A stretch of 56,472 nt of DNA, the filler included, from Sluysia triapertura (taxonomy: Eukaryota), in NCBI GenBank assembly GCA_046118255.1. It is 4 parts of 4 records of this genome, joined end to end, with 100 filler letters (N's around TTAATTAATTAA, not from the genome) between each part and the next. Parts side by side here need not be neighbours in the genome. Positions count along the whole stretch, not along the records: positions 1 to 16,108 come from JBJNIA010210476.1; 3 more parts are not named here. One strand, 5' to 3'. Each line of letters opens with the position of its first letter. Positions within the stretch are counted from its first letter, which is position 1. Position numbers and translations under genes: made by a program. Shown one piece after another: positions 1 through 14,715 of the stretch. Under the pieces are notes generated by a model, which had not been told where the DNA came from, did no database searches, and saw only the letters and a list, made by a program, of their open reading frames with translations.

Positions 1-569
1 ACTAAAATATAGTTTAGTAAATAATGCAGCAATAAAAAATGAGTTTTTTTGAAAAAAATTGAACGTTAAGGGGTTAAAAAAATTTAATTACAATCATAAT
101 CAAGTAAAACATCAAATATCTGGTACTCAGGTTGAAATAAATCTAACAAAAGTTGAGTTAAATAAAATAATAATTAATGAGTTGAGAATTGAAGTAGAAA
201 TAAAGGTTCAGATATTAACAGTAAAGTTTAGGATCTTTAACAGTTATAGCACTTTTATAAGATTAAATTGTAAAGTACAATCTAAGATTAATACGTTTTT
301 TGTGTCTTACAATTCTAATAAATATGTTCCACTTTAATTTACTGCATCTTGACGATAAGATCATAACAACTACACATTCTGACAATAGCATAAGCTATTT
401 CCAGATAATATATTCTCTTGCTATCATATCTTAGAACTCATTTTCTAAAAACATCTAATTCCAATAACAATAAATGTACGTAATCAAAATACAAATAAAT
501 ATTTTATTTTATAAAAGTACAACAAATAATAATCTTTTAAATAATATAATTTTCCTAAGTAAACAAAAT

Positions 570-570
<1 letters not shown>

Positions 571-626
<56 letters not shown>
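571..626. repeat. (TAA)n microsatellite
   Basis: About 18 perfect TAA units; explains the poly-Ile stretch of ORF 474..656. Confidence 0.95.
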
Positions 627-2481
627 GTAAAAATACCTATTATAGAAGCTTTTTAGGCGTTTGAAATAAGTTTTCGACAATTTATATCTTTAAAATCATA
701 ATTTCCAAAACCTTCAAATGATTTCTGAAATCTTTTTCTGATAAAGCATTTTAAATATTATTTGTGAACATTCTTTTATAATTCTTAAAATAGTTTGGTA
801 ATATTCAGCATTATACTTTTTTCAAAGTAAAAAATAATTTAATAATAATATGGCATTAAATAATTTAAATTATTAAATAAATAAATTAATAATTTAATAA
901 AAATAATTGAATAATTATTGAACTACTTCTTTACAATTTAAAAGTAATTGTGATGCTAAATGCATTATTATATAGTAATTTAAATAACCAATGTAAACAA
1001 ACAAAGAATTTTTCAATCAACATCATTAATAATCTGAATTTAACTGATAAAATAAACAAAAATAAATTAACCTACTACAAAAAACAATTATTATGATAAG
1101 ACAATATTCGATTGAACTAAATTAGTTTTTCAATTTCAGTATTATAACTGAGATTTTCAATTTACAAATAATTTAGAAATATTGCCATATAAATCTTCTC
1201 GTTTTTTTGTTTTTGTCATTTATTTTCATTTATTACAATTTTCATTTTATTTATAATACTATTTTATTTTCATTATAAAAATTAAATTATTAAACATTGA
1301 TATTTATATTATTCAAACATTATAATAAAATCATAATTTGAATTGTTTATTTTTTATGCTTGATTCGATTTTCTGCCTTTTATATACAACCTTGTTGCTT
1401 CAGAAATACACAAAAAATTTCGACCTTAGTGGAGACCACTGCGAACCTGTAGGACATTTAGAATATTGTTAGATTGATTAATTGTACATCAGTATGTCTT
1501 ATAGACTTCTATTTTACTACTGTATCGAAAATTTAAATTGATTGTTTGAATTGTTCTAAGTTATTCATCTTCATTGTTTAAAATTACTAATGTATTGTGA
1601 CTTACAAGTTTTTATGTCTTACTGTTAACTACAAAAATGAAATAATGAAGTCCGAAATTATATTCACAAACAAAAAAAATAATATGATACACAATATTGT
1701 CAATAATACGGTACACAAAAAATATCAATAATAAGAATAATAATACTTCATAACAGTAAAACGTTGTGAAACTTTTAATATTGATTTTAATTAGATTTTA
1801 TATCTAGCTTAAGCTGGATTCAAAAATGAATAGAACTTGAGTATTATATTACATCCTCTGTTAAATAAGATTAAACTTACGAAATCGATGAAAATATTCT
1901 TCGAAGATGAATAATCCTTTGCAATGAATGCTCCACAAACTTCTTTTCGCCAAATTAGTTTATTTGACAGCCCAGCATTAGGAACGAATGTTATTTAACG
2001 TGTAAATGAAGTGTATATATAGATACTTATTATTTCCTCTTTTTTAAATTAACTTTGGGAAAAAACAACTTCTCATATTTAGCATGATTTTTAATACGTA
2101 ATGATACACATAATTAAATAATATTTTATAATTAATTTTCATATTTATAAGATTTAGTTCTCATATAATTTAAAATTAATATTTACATATTTACTAGATA
2201 ATCTCATTTAATTAATCAATACAATTTTAATAATTGTCATACTTTTGATTCGATTTCAATTATAATTTCCTTTAAATATTTCATTTTAATTTATAATTTA
2301 AGTATTAGTACTAATAATTCTTGTTTGCTATAATTTTTTGGTTTAACATACACAGGTATTTTACTCTTACATGTAAAAGAGTAAACAAGAAAGAAATAAA
2401 TAAAGTTAAATAAACATTTCAATTATGCATTAAAACTTCGTATCATTATATTAATAATAATAATTATTATTATATTAATAA

Positions 2482-2612
2482 NNNNNNNNNNNNNNNNNNN
2501 NNNNNNNNNNNNNNNNNNNNNNNNNNNNNNNNNNNNNNNNNNNNNNNNNNNNNNNNNNNNNNNNNNNNNNNNNNNNNNNNNNNNNNNNNNNNNNNNNNNN
2601 NNNNNNNNNNNN
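2482..2612. other. Assembly gap (N run)
   Basis: 131 consecutive N. Confidence 0.99.
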
Positions 2613-2857
2613 AAGATTTAAAGAACATTTTTTCGCAGTGATTTTCATAAAAAGCTGTTGAATTTTTCGAAAGACAGGTTTCACAATAAAAAATTAATTC
2701 CATGGAAATAAACTTACCAAATGGCACATGAAGCAATCACGATTGTTACGTTTATGTATGTAATAATTGAGATATATATAAAATTATATGTAGTCATTTA
2801 TAAATCATAATGAATCGGAAATAATAAATAACAGTGTCGTGAGATAATAAACATTAA

Positions 2858-3018
2858 CCTTCCGTCTACCAAAATGTATGTATGCATTGCATACCACGTG
2901 GGTCCATTGGACCCATAAAATAGCACAGTTAATTTTTTCATTAAACAGATTTTTATGTAACATGTTACTAGAAATTTATTAGTGAAATTTACACTTAGGT
3001 CGACTGGTAAGCGAAAGG
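2858..3018. mobile_element. piggyBac-type MITE (161 bp)
   Basis: TTAA on both flanks (2854-2857, 3019-3022). Imperfect TIRs: CCTTCCGTCTACC on the left, GGTAAGCGAAAGG (rc CCTTTCGCTTACC) on the right. Internal palindrome TGGGTCCA-T-TGGACCCA. Confidence 0.75.
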
Positions 3019-3371
3019 TTAAACGTTTTAATTAGATCATTTTTTAAAATTTAATTAAAAAACAAATACCTACTACCACTTTTGAATAAAATTAATTGAA
3101 GTTTCAAATTAATGTAAATTTTCTAATTATTATGTGTAATTATTATGTATAAATAGCGAAAATTCACAACTCACAAGGAGTTATAACAAATTTACAAACA
3201 GAAAATTTAAAATTTACGATATTTTACTGTAAAATTGTTACGCGCTTTGGAAATGTGGCTGATTATTTAATTACTACATACTAGAGATTTGTTTTGCACT
3301 ATATTGATTTTAGCTATAAAAAATTTAAAATTCACCATTAGAAATTAAAGTCTAATAAGCGGGCTTACCAA

Positions 3372-3514
3372 ATCTAAGACTTCAAAAAAATTGATTGATC
3401 AAGAATTGAACCCGGAACCTCTCGCAGTTCGATGCTCTGACCACTGAGCTATCAGTCCGAATAAGAATTTTATTTTATTATAGTCAATTAATCACCACTT
3501 TAGACCTTTTCCTC
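3372..3514 (-). mobile_element. tRNA-derived (SINE-like) repeat, copy 1
   Basis: Minus strand reads GGACTGATAGCTCAGTGGTCAGAGCATCGAACTGCGAGAGGTTCCGGGTTCAATTC, with a Pol III A box (TAGCTCAGTGG) and B box (GGTTCAATTC). The anticodon arm is incomplete. Flanks are homologous to the copy at 21402-21547. Confidence 0.75.
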
Positions 3515-6500
3515 AGCATATTTAAAAACTCTTCTTAAAAATATTCGGTATGCGCTTTATCTAACTAGTGATCATTTCAGAAACAGGAAAATAAGCATAT
3601 GAAAATTACATAACTAAACCAAATTTCTGTGGTAAACGTATCAAAACTTACCACAAATTGCACAAACATCAAAGTATGAAAATATCTTGGGAAAACTAAA
3701 AAATTCAAGTTAAAGTTCTTCAAGATAAAATACAAGACAACAAAAATAAACAAACAGAAAAGAAAAGAGATTGATGAAATTAAGAAACATAAATCAGTAT
3801 AAATAGTCGAGTTAGACCAAAAACAATGATAAATATAAAATCAAATACAACATATACAAAAACTAAAATAATGTTTTGTAAATATTTATTGTAAATATAT
3901 TGTAAACCCAAAAAAATACTAAAATAATATATAACATGAATCAAATTTTTGTAACTAATATGTAAAAGATTTATTTAAACCTTTAGAAGATATGAAAATA
4001 ATAACTTATACAAACTTATAAAATATTATATTGTGTCAAGTAAGTACCCAATCATCTCAAGTAAAACAAGGTCAATTTACTATCACTAAACAGCATACAC
4101 AAAAATGATGCACACATTTTCGATTAAGGTCTTTAAGACGGTAAGCGACATTCTAAAGTTTGGAGATTATGAAATAAAGAATTCCTTGAATCCCATATGG
4201 ATTTTTCAATGTAAAATGATTGATAAAAACACTAATAAGCAAATTTTAAGCAGTGTATTTTCTTGCTATTTATAGATTTTTTTGTAGGAAATAATGAATA
4301 GAATAGTAATAAGAAATTTTGTGTAGGTGATTGATTTTTAAGCAGTAACTCAATTTTGAAAATGAAATTTTTTACAAAATCCACAAATCAATAAAGTATT
4401 TTTGTTATATCTTTTTTGTTAACACAAAAAATTGAAATTGTTTATTTGTAAATCTTATATTCATATATAAGCATAAGTTTATAAATTTAAACAAATTATT
4501 TAAAATATTCTACACATTTTTCTATTTCATTCCGTGTACGACCAATAAAATTCATATTTTGATTATTCACGGGTCAGCCCATGAGAATATCGATCCAGTC
4601 AATGGATTAATAAGAATTCAGAAATTATAGTTAAGCTCAATATGTTTAAAAATGAAATTTATAAAGTGAAATTTTTAAGGTGAGTTTTTAAATTGTTTTA
4701 GTTAATCTTTTTCGATTTAGTAAGAAGTAACAGTGAAAATATGACTTAATTTAAATATATTATTATTTAAAGAATAATTTACCCTAAAATTGGATATTTA
4801 TTTAATTGCGCTACCTAAAATAAACTTAAAGAAATAAATTTTAATTCAATACTTAATAAATCAATGAATTAATCAGTTATAAACTGACAAAATTATTTCT
4901 AGTCAATTTTACAAAAATATTACAAAAGTTTGACTTTTAAATTGTTTATTTATAAGAAACAGTAACCCACTCATCTCAAACAAAGCTAATCACAATATAT
5001 TTAGCATTTAGTTTGTCTTTTTTCTAAATCATTATTTTCATTTTTTATCGGTTGAAATAACTCTGATATTAAATAATGACTTTTTAATTGCAAATCAAAT
5101 TCTTTAAAACAATTTTCTGATTACAAACACTTCAAATAATTTATACTTTGTATTATTTTCTGAATTCATTTCTTAATTTCCATACATTCAACAGTAAATC
5201 TGATTTTGGTGTACTGTTTTCAATTTCTCACAAACATCAGTTTTCATTTTTTAAATAATTATGTTATTGATTATTTTCATCTACAATTTTTTAAACGCGT
5301 ATCAACTTCAGCCCAAAAAGTTCATATTTTCCACCTAATTCCAATTTCAGGCGAATATTATTAGCAACTAAATGTCTTTTCTTTCAATAAGTCTTCACAA
5401 AACGTTTCGTCATTCTGTTTAAAATAATCATTAAGTAAATACTTCAAGTATTCACTTTGTTTTTTGCAATTTATCAAATTTGTCTTCATACTTTTTGTAT
5501 ATTAGCTAAGATCCAGAATTTACAATGCTATTTTACAGTATTAAAATAGAGTGAGAAAAACACATATTAAAACAAAAACAAAGACAAAAACTGATAATAA
5601 AAATAAATTAAAATAATAAAAGATAATAAAGTAAAGAATAATAAAATTCATAATATTTAATTACAATTTTAGTTTAAGTTGATGTATAGTGAGTTTATAG
5701 AAGATATGTAGATCGTGAGAGTGTATAAGGATGTGAAAATGTACTAATGGATAGTTGGATATAAATTGTTAGTGTTTTGAAAATGTTTAAAAGCATGTTA
5801 CTGTTTGTGAATTGATGAATATGGGTTTTGTGCTTGTATATTTATAAAAAATAGTATTGCTATTTTGTTTCATTTTGCGTAACTTTTTGCATTTTATTTA
5901 TGCTTTCGTTTCTTAATAATTCAATCTTTTTATTTCTTTAATTGTACTTTGTGTAAGTGCATATTTTAGACTTGATTTAATTGTTTGTTCTATAGCTTTA
6001 AAAACTAATTAATACAGTCTGATGCTATTTTACCTTCATTCAGTGAGATAATTTCACATAATTCTGATGTTTCTAATATTTTCATAATTGTCCCATAATC
6101 AACCTCTATATGTTTTTTGTACTTCTCTAAAATTTGTGATTTGATTGGACTATTTTCTTAATCCATCGTTTAAAACATTTTACGTTTTACAATTATAAAA
6201 ACTGAATGCTACTGAAAAATATTAACACTATTTCTACTAAAGCTGTCAAAAGACACCCTTTAGCAGTTGATTTTGAAATTATTTTCTAATTTTATTCATT
6301 TTTGCTCAATTCACGTTTTAACTTTTCGTATAAATTATGTTTATTTATTTTAAATAACTGAAAGTCCAATAAATGTACCAAATAGTCTTGATTACTAGTG
6401 AAAACATTTTTCATTTTAGAATAATTTTAAATATACTCATTAGTCAATTGTAAAATCGATAAGTTGCAATCGATACGAAATACATTAAACTAAATGTATT

Positions 6501-7339
6501 TGTTACATACTTAAAAGACTAAATAAAAAACGATTCAAATTATTTTAAAAAATACTAATAATTTTTACTAAATCTTTAATTTAGTATTTGTTTAATTTAA
6601 TAGACTATATATTATTAATTAATTAATTAAATAAATAATTATTTTGCTTGTTCTTACAATAGCAATATCAAAAGATTCTTCACAGTACAACGATAAATTT
6701 CTGTTTTGTAAATAAGAGAATTAAATATCAATTTAGTCACACTTGAGTATTTTAATTATACATTTTTTCAAGACTTCTTTTTAAACACTAAATTCTAATA
6801 TATAGTACATGAAAAATCAGAAATTGAAGATTGATTTATAGTTTGATATCTAATCTGAATATTTCTGAAGCAGTTAATCGGAAGTCTGATATCAGTATTA
6901 TTCAAATAATGAGATTTACATATCAGCTCTTCTACTGTCTTCTGTGTCTGTGTATTAATTTTAAAATTATGGTTCAATTATTTTTCGATTGATTGTGATT
7001 TAGCAAGTGTAGAACATGGTAATTCCTGTATTTATTTAGTGACCTCATATCTCTCTGATTTAGCCATTACTAAGAACTTTTTCTTCATTTTTAGTGTATA
7101 TAGTTATGAATTTTAGGTGACCATTCAGCCAGAGGGAACACCTATATATGTTTTTTGCTGTACATACAAACACAATTTATATTATAACAAATTAACAATA
7201 GTGTTTGATAAATAAAGCACGAATAAACTAATACTTATTTCCAATTTTAGTATCCTTTTAATTACTATATTGTATTTAGTTAAATAAATTTCATTTCAAA
7301 AGTATAGAACACATTATACAAACTTTTTATTTAAGATAC

Positions 7340-7925
7340 TATGTAATGTATTGTACAAAATTAGTATTTATTGATGTTCCTGAATTTTTCAATACCTCTG
7401 AATACCTTTTTGTTATCGAATTAATCAATGTATTTATATTTTTTATATCATTTTTTCGCCAAGCATCCAATATTGCATTTTTTAACTCGTATATATTGTT
7501 ACACTGTTTTTCTTCACTGTACACCTATTGGACTGAGATTAGAGGATCTTGCTGGCCACTTTAACACTTTTAATCCATCTTCGTTGAACTTATTAAATGT
7601 AGTTTTAGATCATGCTGAAATATGACATTGACATATCAAATCGTAGTACTTATCACCATTAAGAGTTGATGGAACCACATGTAAAGCTAGCTTTTTATCA
7701 TAAATTATGGCATATTTCACCACAAATTCTCTTGGAAAATATTTCTTTTGGCTCCTTTAGATGACGCAGTTGTATTTATAACCATAGTATTTAATTATAA
7801 CAGTCTTTATATTCTTATCATCTGAGAATATTATCTTGGTCCAGTCAGTGTGGTTATTAATATGATTTTTGGCACAGTTAATTCTTGCTATTTTATCAGC
7901 ATCAGTAAGTGGAGGTTTAGCAAGC
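7340..7925 (-). mobile_element. Degenerate Tc1/Tc3-like transposase, 3' part
   Basis: Minus-strand fragments KPPLTDADKIARINCAK, DWTKIIFSDDK, GLKVLKWPARSSNLSPI and VYSEEKQCNNIYELKNAILDAW match the Tc3-type WxxVIFSDEK, WPARSPDLNPIE and VYxxGKQYxxxxELKxAIxDAW motifs. Frameshifts and deletions are present. Confidence 0.8.
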
Positions 7926-10347
7926 ACTAATATTATTTTTAAAGGTGTACAAAAAATTTTTATATTTTTATATTTTATATTATTGTAAAAATTATTGAAT
8001 TATTATTATTTAAAAAATTATTATTTTACTTATATTAAAATTATTATTATTATAAATTAAAAAAGAATTCAAAAGAAGATTCGAAAATGGAAAATTGTTT
8101 AATTAAATTAAATTTTAAAATATGTCTTCATGTGTATATAAAGACAGACATAAAAAAGAAAGAAGGCATTGTTAATAGTACGTTATTTTGTATTACAAAG
8201 TAGACAAAATTCACAATTACAAAAATCATCATCAACATTTCCACGTCCATCATAATTAATTTGTTAGAAAGTTCCGTATTCCAACAATTATCAAATTCAC
8301 CGTTCAAGTTATCGTGTAAATCCCGCCTCTTCGATTAGAGGGATAACAATTTCCAAGCATCAGCGGTACAACCTATCAAATTCACTTCGAAAAATATTTC
8401 TGAAAACTGATATGCGATTTTATTGATTAAATTAGTAAGTTTGTTATATATAGTGTGAACACTCATTTTTGAGTTAAAATCTACACTCAAAATACTAAGT
8501 TTACGGTTGGTCCTTAAGGCCAATCACAAAATCAATTTAAAATATAAATTCACTGCTCTTTAGTTAGCCTCTAAGGTCAATTATAAAATCATTATTATTA
8601 TAAGGTCTCTTGGCTAGACCTTTTTTTATCGTTATTATAATTTTATTATTTATAAATTTTTGTCATTATTATCTTATTTTAATTTTATTTATTAAATTTC
8701 CCTTTTTTGTTAGTTGTATAATAAAACTTGTATTGTGTTAGATATTAGTTCATTATAATTTTAATATAACGTAAGTTTAGTTTACTTCTGCAAACAATTT
8801 TTAAATTAAATAAACTATTATAAGAGGCGCTCTAAATATAGTGCAAGCTTGGTAAATTCTTAGAACGATTCCAAAAAATATAACGATTAGTATAACAAGA
8901 CTTAATAAAGAGTTAAAGATGAAGGAGTAATGCATTTCTATACGAATATTGTTATCTTTATTTTTCATATAAACTTAAATATTACACACGCTATCGTTTG
9001 TCGTATTTATTTTTAAGTCATTTAGTATCAGACGATTTTGCCCACTATTGTTATGTTAAGGCAAAAAGTATTTTTATACGATTAATCCTAATAATTGTTT
9101 TCACATAATTTTACAGGTACGCCATTGGTAAGTCGTATACTGTAAACGGACTCAGAATAATAAATTATTTTGCTGTAAGTTAGGTTTTTGTATTAAGTAA
9201 ACCCCCAGCACACTAAATGTTTGTATAATCAATGCCGAATTTTCAATTTCAGATGTATTTCTATTTAACTGAAAATAAAACGAGTACAGATTGTCGTAAT
9301 TACAAACATTTACATGTATTACGACTAGTTTAATACGTTTTTATGTGATCAATAATCATAAAATAAGAATCAATATTTATATTTGTGCACGTATTAATAA
9401 GAAGATATGTCATAATATTTGTATGTCTCATAATTTTTGTAACATGAAAATTATTCTATCTATTATGGAAAATAGTATAAATAAAGTTTTTCTTTTTTGT
9501 TTTAATAATTTAATTTTTTATTTAATATGAATGAATAATTTAAAAAATTGTAATAGATCATTCATCTTTTCTTTGCAGCAGATAATTTGCAACATGGAAG
9601 GATGTCAAATTCACAAATACAAAATTGATACAACGATGATATAGAAGGTTTTAAAATGGATGTTTAGAGCTTCAAGATAAAGATGCCATAAAGACCTTGA
9701 GTAAAACAAAATAATAAGAAAGTCTAATAATGATAAATAATGTCAATAAATAATTTCAAGTTAAAATAACTCGACTATTTGATTAAATAGTCTAAAATTA
9801 ATATGATAACTTAAGTCAATTAGGTTGAGAAATTTGATTTCAGAGTATGTGATTTCAAATTCTGTTACTAATAAGATTCTTTCAAAACTAAGACTGTCTT
9901 AATTATTAAAGCTTTTCTCAAGGGATCAGTTGCATCACTTATAATATCCATTTGCATCAATAACTGAAAAGATTAATAGTTGGATTTCGCTTTTTATTTA
10001 GTAATTTGTTTTTTTTCTTTAACAATATTGAAGAATTAAATTACATTTTTATTATTAAATTTATCGTCTCATTTTAAACTAATTATTTGAAATAAAACTA
10101 AGTTAATAAATGTTTTTGAAAATTAAAATTGAAGAATATTCTATAAACTTTATTTATTGTATCAATTATCAATTTGTTTTTCTTTTTGTTATTTATTATT
10201 AATTAATAATTTCATTTATTTATAAAATTGTAAATGTAAAACAAAACTAAATATTTCTTTGATATTGTTTTGAAGTATAAACTATACAGTTTAAATTTGT
10301 TGAATCTAATTCTAACGATTCCATATTAAAAACAACTTCATTAAGGC

Positions 10348-10400
<53 letters not shown>
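10348..10400. repeat. (ATA)n microsatellite
   Basis: About 17 perfect units. Confidence 0.95.
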
Positions 10401-11559
10401 TTTGTAATTTTGAAAGTTTGATGCAGTTTATTGATGATTTTAGGTTCAAATTATTCCTGAAAAATAAGACACGTGGAAATTATATTACTAGCACTAACGT
10501 GATATATTTGAGAAAGCTTTTGTGTAGGATGGCACAAGTATATCTTATCTGACTATATGACCTTTTAGTTGTCAAGATAAGGTCAGGATGAGTTGAATTG
10601 TAATCACAAATCAATGCTAGAATTTATGAGATTTTATTTATATTTTTAATTCATTAAAATCGGATTTTACTAAAATCTTTTTTGTCTTATCATCTATAGT
10701 ATAAAGTAATGATAACCTAGCCTTTATTAAAGTTTTATTACTAAGGTTATCGATAGTTATTTTATTTATTTTTAAAATTAATGAGTCAAGAATCATACTG
10801 ATCCAAATTAAAATGAAATTGAAAAATTTTATCCAAAGCTGTGATGAAACAATAATTAAATTACATGAAGAACTTGTTATAATTGTAACACAATAATAAA
10901 TTAGAATTTGATTTTTATTTTTTTGCCTTTACATTTGCTAATTACACAAATTTGTGTTTTAATTCTGACATTCTTTTTTACACTTTTACCGTTATTTAAT
11001 AAGATTTTTTGATTATTACAAAATTTTCACGTAATTACCTAAATCTTAATTTTCTTAATTTCTATTTCTCTATTTTTATTAGCGCATATCATTTTTTGGT
11101 ACGTGATCAGACGAAATAATCAAGTGGTGCCATAATTAACTAATGTCACAATTTAATATGACAATACTTATTATATCATTCTATATTATTCATTTCATCG
11201 TTGTTTACATTATTATTACCACTATTATTATTATTTTTAAATTATTACTATATTAATATTGTATCTTTTTCTTTAAAACCCTTTTCTAATATACACAATC
11301 TAACATAAATTTGCATAGAATTGTAATTTAAAATAAAATAAAAATGTGAGTTGAGAATGTTTGGGGTTGTCAGTGATCTATAGAATGAAATTGTTTGCTT
11401 AAAGAGCATTTATGATTTTCTTTGTTTCACTTATTATCTTCTTGATTTTTAGCCACAAAGTTTTACATAAATGAACTTATTAATTTAATTTAAAATAAAT
11501 AAGAAGGGTTTGTTGGATGTTAATTTAATATTGTTAATTAAGTCAAATCATTTTGTATT

Positions 11560-12180
11560 TCATTAAGGATTTAAATGTATTTTGTGTTTAATCTTTAATT
11601 CTTCTTACATCGTGACCTTTAAACATAAATTAAGATATTTTTTAATATTTGTATGAGTTTTTAAAGGAAAGATATTATAAATTGTGCGATTATTAAAGTA
11701 TAAGGACGTATTTAGTGATTTCTAAACGTATGATAAGAACTGAATTTATATTGTAATCTTCTTTAATATTATAAAAATATAATTTATTTGAGTTTTAAAT
11801 GATCTCTGTAGGATTAGTTTGTTAAATGGATTGGATTTTTAATGAATGTGAACATTTTTCTCTTAACTGTTGGTATTCGGTGTTCTATGAACACGTGAAT
11901 CCGAGGTTATTCCATGAGGTATGTTACACTCTTATTGTATTCATGTGTATTCATATGAATTGTTTGAGCTTGTGAATTTTTCTAGTATAACGTTATTGTG
12001 GTAAGGTTTAAAACTTGAATTGTTTCATTAAATGGCATTGTGTTTTAAGTTAAAGGATGTAAAAAATCCGCGAAATGTTTAAGGATTGTACGATTTAAAC
12101 TGGAATTTTGTTGATTATATTATGAGTTGTGGATTTCTTATATGCTGATTTTGTCATAAAATGAGGTTTAATGAGTTTAA
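11560..12180 (-). mobile_element. Decayed CR1/L2-group LINE, ORF2 3' region
   Basis: Minus strand SYRDHLKLK*IIFL*Y*RRLQ resembles the SYxERLxxLNLxSLExRRL motif; downstream LKGHD resembles RGH. Heavily degraded. Confidence 0.4.
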
Positions 12181-12234
12181 CCACCACGATAATTATAAAA
12201 AATAAAATATATTTATTAATTAATATTTATGTAC

Positions 12235-12236
<2 letters not shown>

Positions 12237-12296
<60 letters not shown>
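12237..12296. repeat. (TTA)n microsatellite
   Basis: About 20 perfect units. Confidence 0.95.
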
Positions 12297-12297
<1 letters not shown>

Positions 12298-14715
12298 GTA
12301 GCACAAGATGAAATTCATTGGAGAATTACCACTTTTAAATGTTATCAAAAATGTTTATTGCTTTTTGTACTTTTAATTATTTTCATATTCTTCTTCAGAT
12401 TCACTTTATTATTTTATATTTTATCTGTACTTTTCCAGTTATTTATTTTGACTTTGTCTTCCTTTATTGATTCTTATTTTGAAATTTCTTAGCATTTTTA
12501 ATTTATTAATTATATATTTTAATTGTCTTTATGGTTTAGGAATTTGTATTGATTACGTTTTGTCAAACTCAATAATCAATAATTAATTTCAAAATGTACA
12601 TGTTTAAATATATTGACCTTTAAAGTAATTAATTATTTATTAATGAAGTTGATGTGCAAGTGTGAGTGTTGTAGTTGTTGTAGAAAGGTTTTATTTGTAT
12701 TGAAATATATAAGGTGTAAAGGTAGGCGATTGTTAATTAAATTTGATTGTTATAATGTTGTAATTGAGTTTTGATTTGTGTTTAAGTTTTAATTTTATGT
12801 TGCTGGTGTATTTTACTTGTTTTCTGATTGTGTCAGAGTTACATTACATGGTTGCATTTGTCACATCATTAAATCATCTTCATTTTTTCTCTTACATTTA
12901 AATTTATTTTTGCATTTCTTTTTTTGGATTTTACATGTAATATTTTCAACTTTCGATACACGACATTGACAAGTTGTATCAACGAATTTTATTTTCCAAA
13001 TGATTATCATTTTTTCAACAAATAATTTATTCAATAATTCATAAATCTTTTTGAAATTTGATGTATTGATTTTAATTAATCATGATAAATGTCCACTTTT
13101 TTCTTTCTAATAGCTTAGAATAAGATTTTGCGAGATTTTACATACTATTTCTTTCTTTCATCAGTTTTTTCACTTTTCCTTTCTTCACATTGCTTTATTC
13201 TTCATAACTGCATAATTTTATCATTAACAATATGTTTTACAACAGCTTATCTAAGTAAAAAGATAATGTTATGTGGTACAATTCATTTAATGTATTTATA
13301 ACGATAAGTATGTACTTAACATTTCACTGTCACTCTAGGATAAGTGTATTTATTCGATTATTTTAAAACAAAGCCAATTTATGATTTTGGTTCTATTTTA
13401 AAATAATGATTCAATAATTGCCTTAAATTTAATTCATAAAATAAAAATGAATTTTGAATTTTAAAGGGTAAAACAAAATAATAAAAATAAAGTTTTATTA
13501 GTATATTAATATTTATTAAATATGATTACAGCAAATATGATTGTTTGATAAATTTGACATTATTATGTTTATAATATCATAACCAAAAAGCACTAATCAA
13601 GATTTTATTTCAAACTGACAAGATTATCAACATCAAACTTGTTTTTAACATTTTTTATTTTTTCTTATCAGTTTTGGAACAATTATTATGAAAATAATAA
13701 TAATAATAATAAATATAATTTTTAAAATTATTTGTAAAAAACGAAACTATTTAATGAAATAAATAAATCGTATATTCTAATTAAATATTTTGTATAAGAA
13801 ATTCAATTAACAACACCAGGTGTTTAAAAATTAACGTTACTATGGTATCGGTTAATGATAATGAAATATAAAAAATTATACATTTATTTTCTTATTTAAT
13901 GTATATTGTGTTTGTAGATTAATTTTTTCTAATTACATTATGGCAATGAAAAAAAATTATTCGTTTAATATTCAACGTCTATGAAGTTTTTCATTACTTC
14001 CTTATTGTTTGAAATAATATTTTACTCATTTTTTATTATTATGATAAATAATAAATGAATTTTATTATAATTTGTTATAAAAACATTCCAAAGTTTTCAA
14101 AAATAATTTCTATTTTAATAAACGTTTTCCACCCACATTCTTGTAAAATGAAAGCATATTTTCTACTTTTCAACTTTATTTTAGTTGTATATAATAATTA
14201 TGATAAGAGTTAATTCAACTCTTCGTAGATAACTCGATATAAAAATTTATGTATTTCTTATTTAATTTGGGAATATTTCAAATATCTATTTTGGGAATAT
14301 TTTAAATATTTCGTAATTCCAAATCTTGTTTTAATTATTTAATTTAAGAAGTTTTTATATGAATTATTAAAAATATATAAGAAAATTATGTAGACAGATT
14401 TAATCTAATTTAATTAATATTAAAATGAAAATTTAATTAAACAGAATTATTTTACTTTGTTAATATCAGATGCTGTAAGGTTTCTGTTTCATTTATTATA
14501 TTATTTGAAGTTAGTTTACGTATTTAAAAGATCATCGTGCAATATAAATTAAAAGTACTTCCACATACTTCTATCAAAATGGATGTATTTTATTTTATGT
14601 AATATTTTAATCGTTTTAAAATACATGTAAATTTGATTTAGCAATGGAAGAAGGTAATAGAAAAGAAAAGTGATTATTTACAAGAACAATTTAACACAAA
14701 TTATTAGAAAGTAAA

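Noticed and set aside
474-656. Poly-Ile ORF and other short I/N/K/F-rich ORFs
   Set aside because: They arise from (AAT)n microsatellites and AT bias, with no domain or splice support.
2470-2736. ORFs spanning the N gap
   Set aside because: They are open only because N codons contain no stops.
3400-3459. Functional tRNA gene
   Set aside because: The 3' side of the anticodon stem is missing and the acceptor stem pairs poorly, so it is treated as a tRNA-derived repeat.
8335-8523. GCTADAW as a hAT catalytic motif
   Set aside because: A single short motif with no supporting context.
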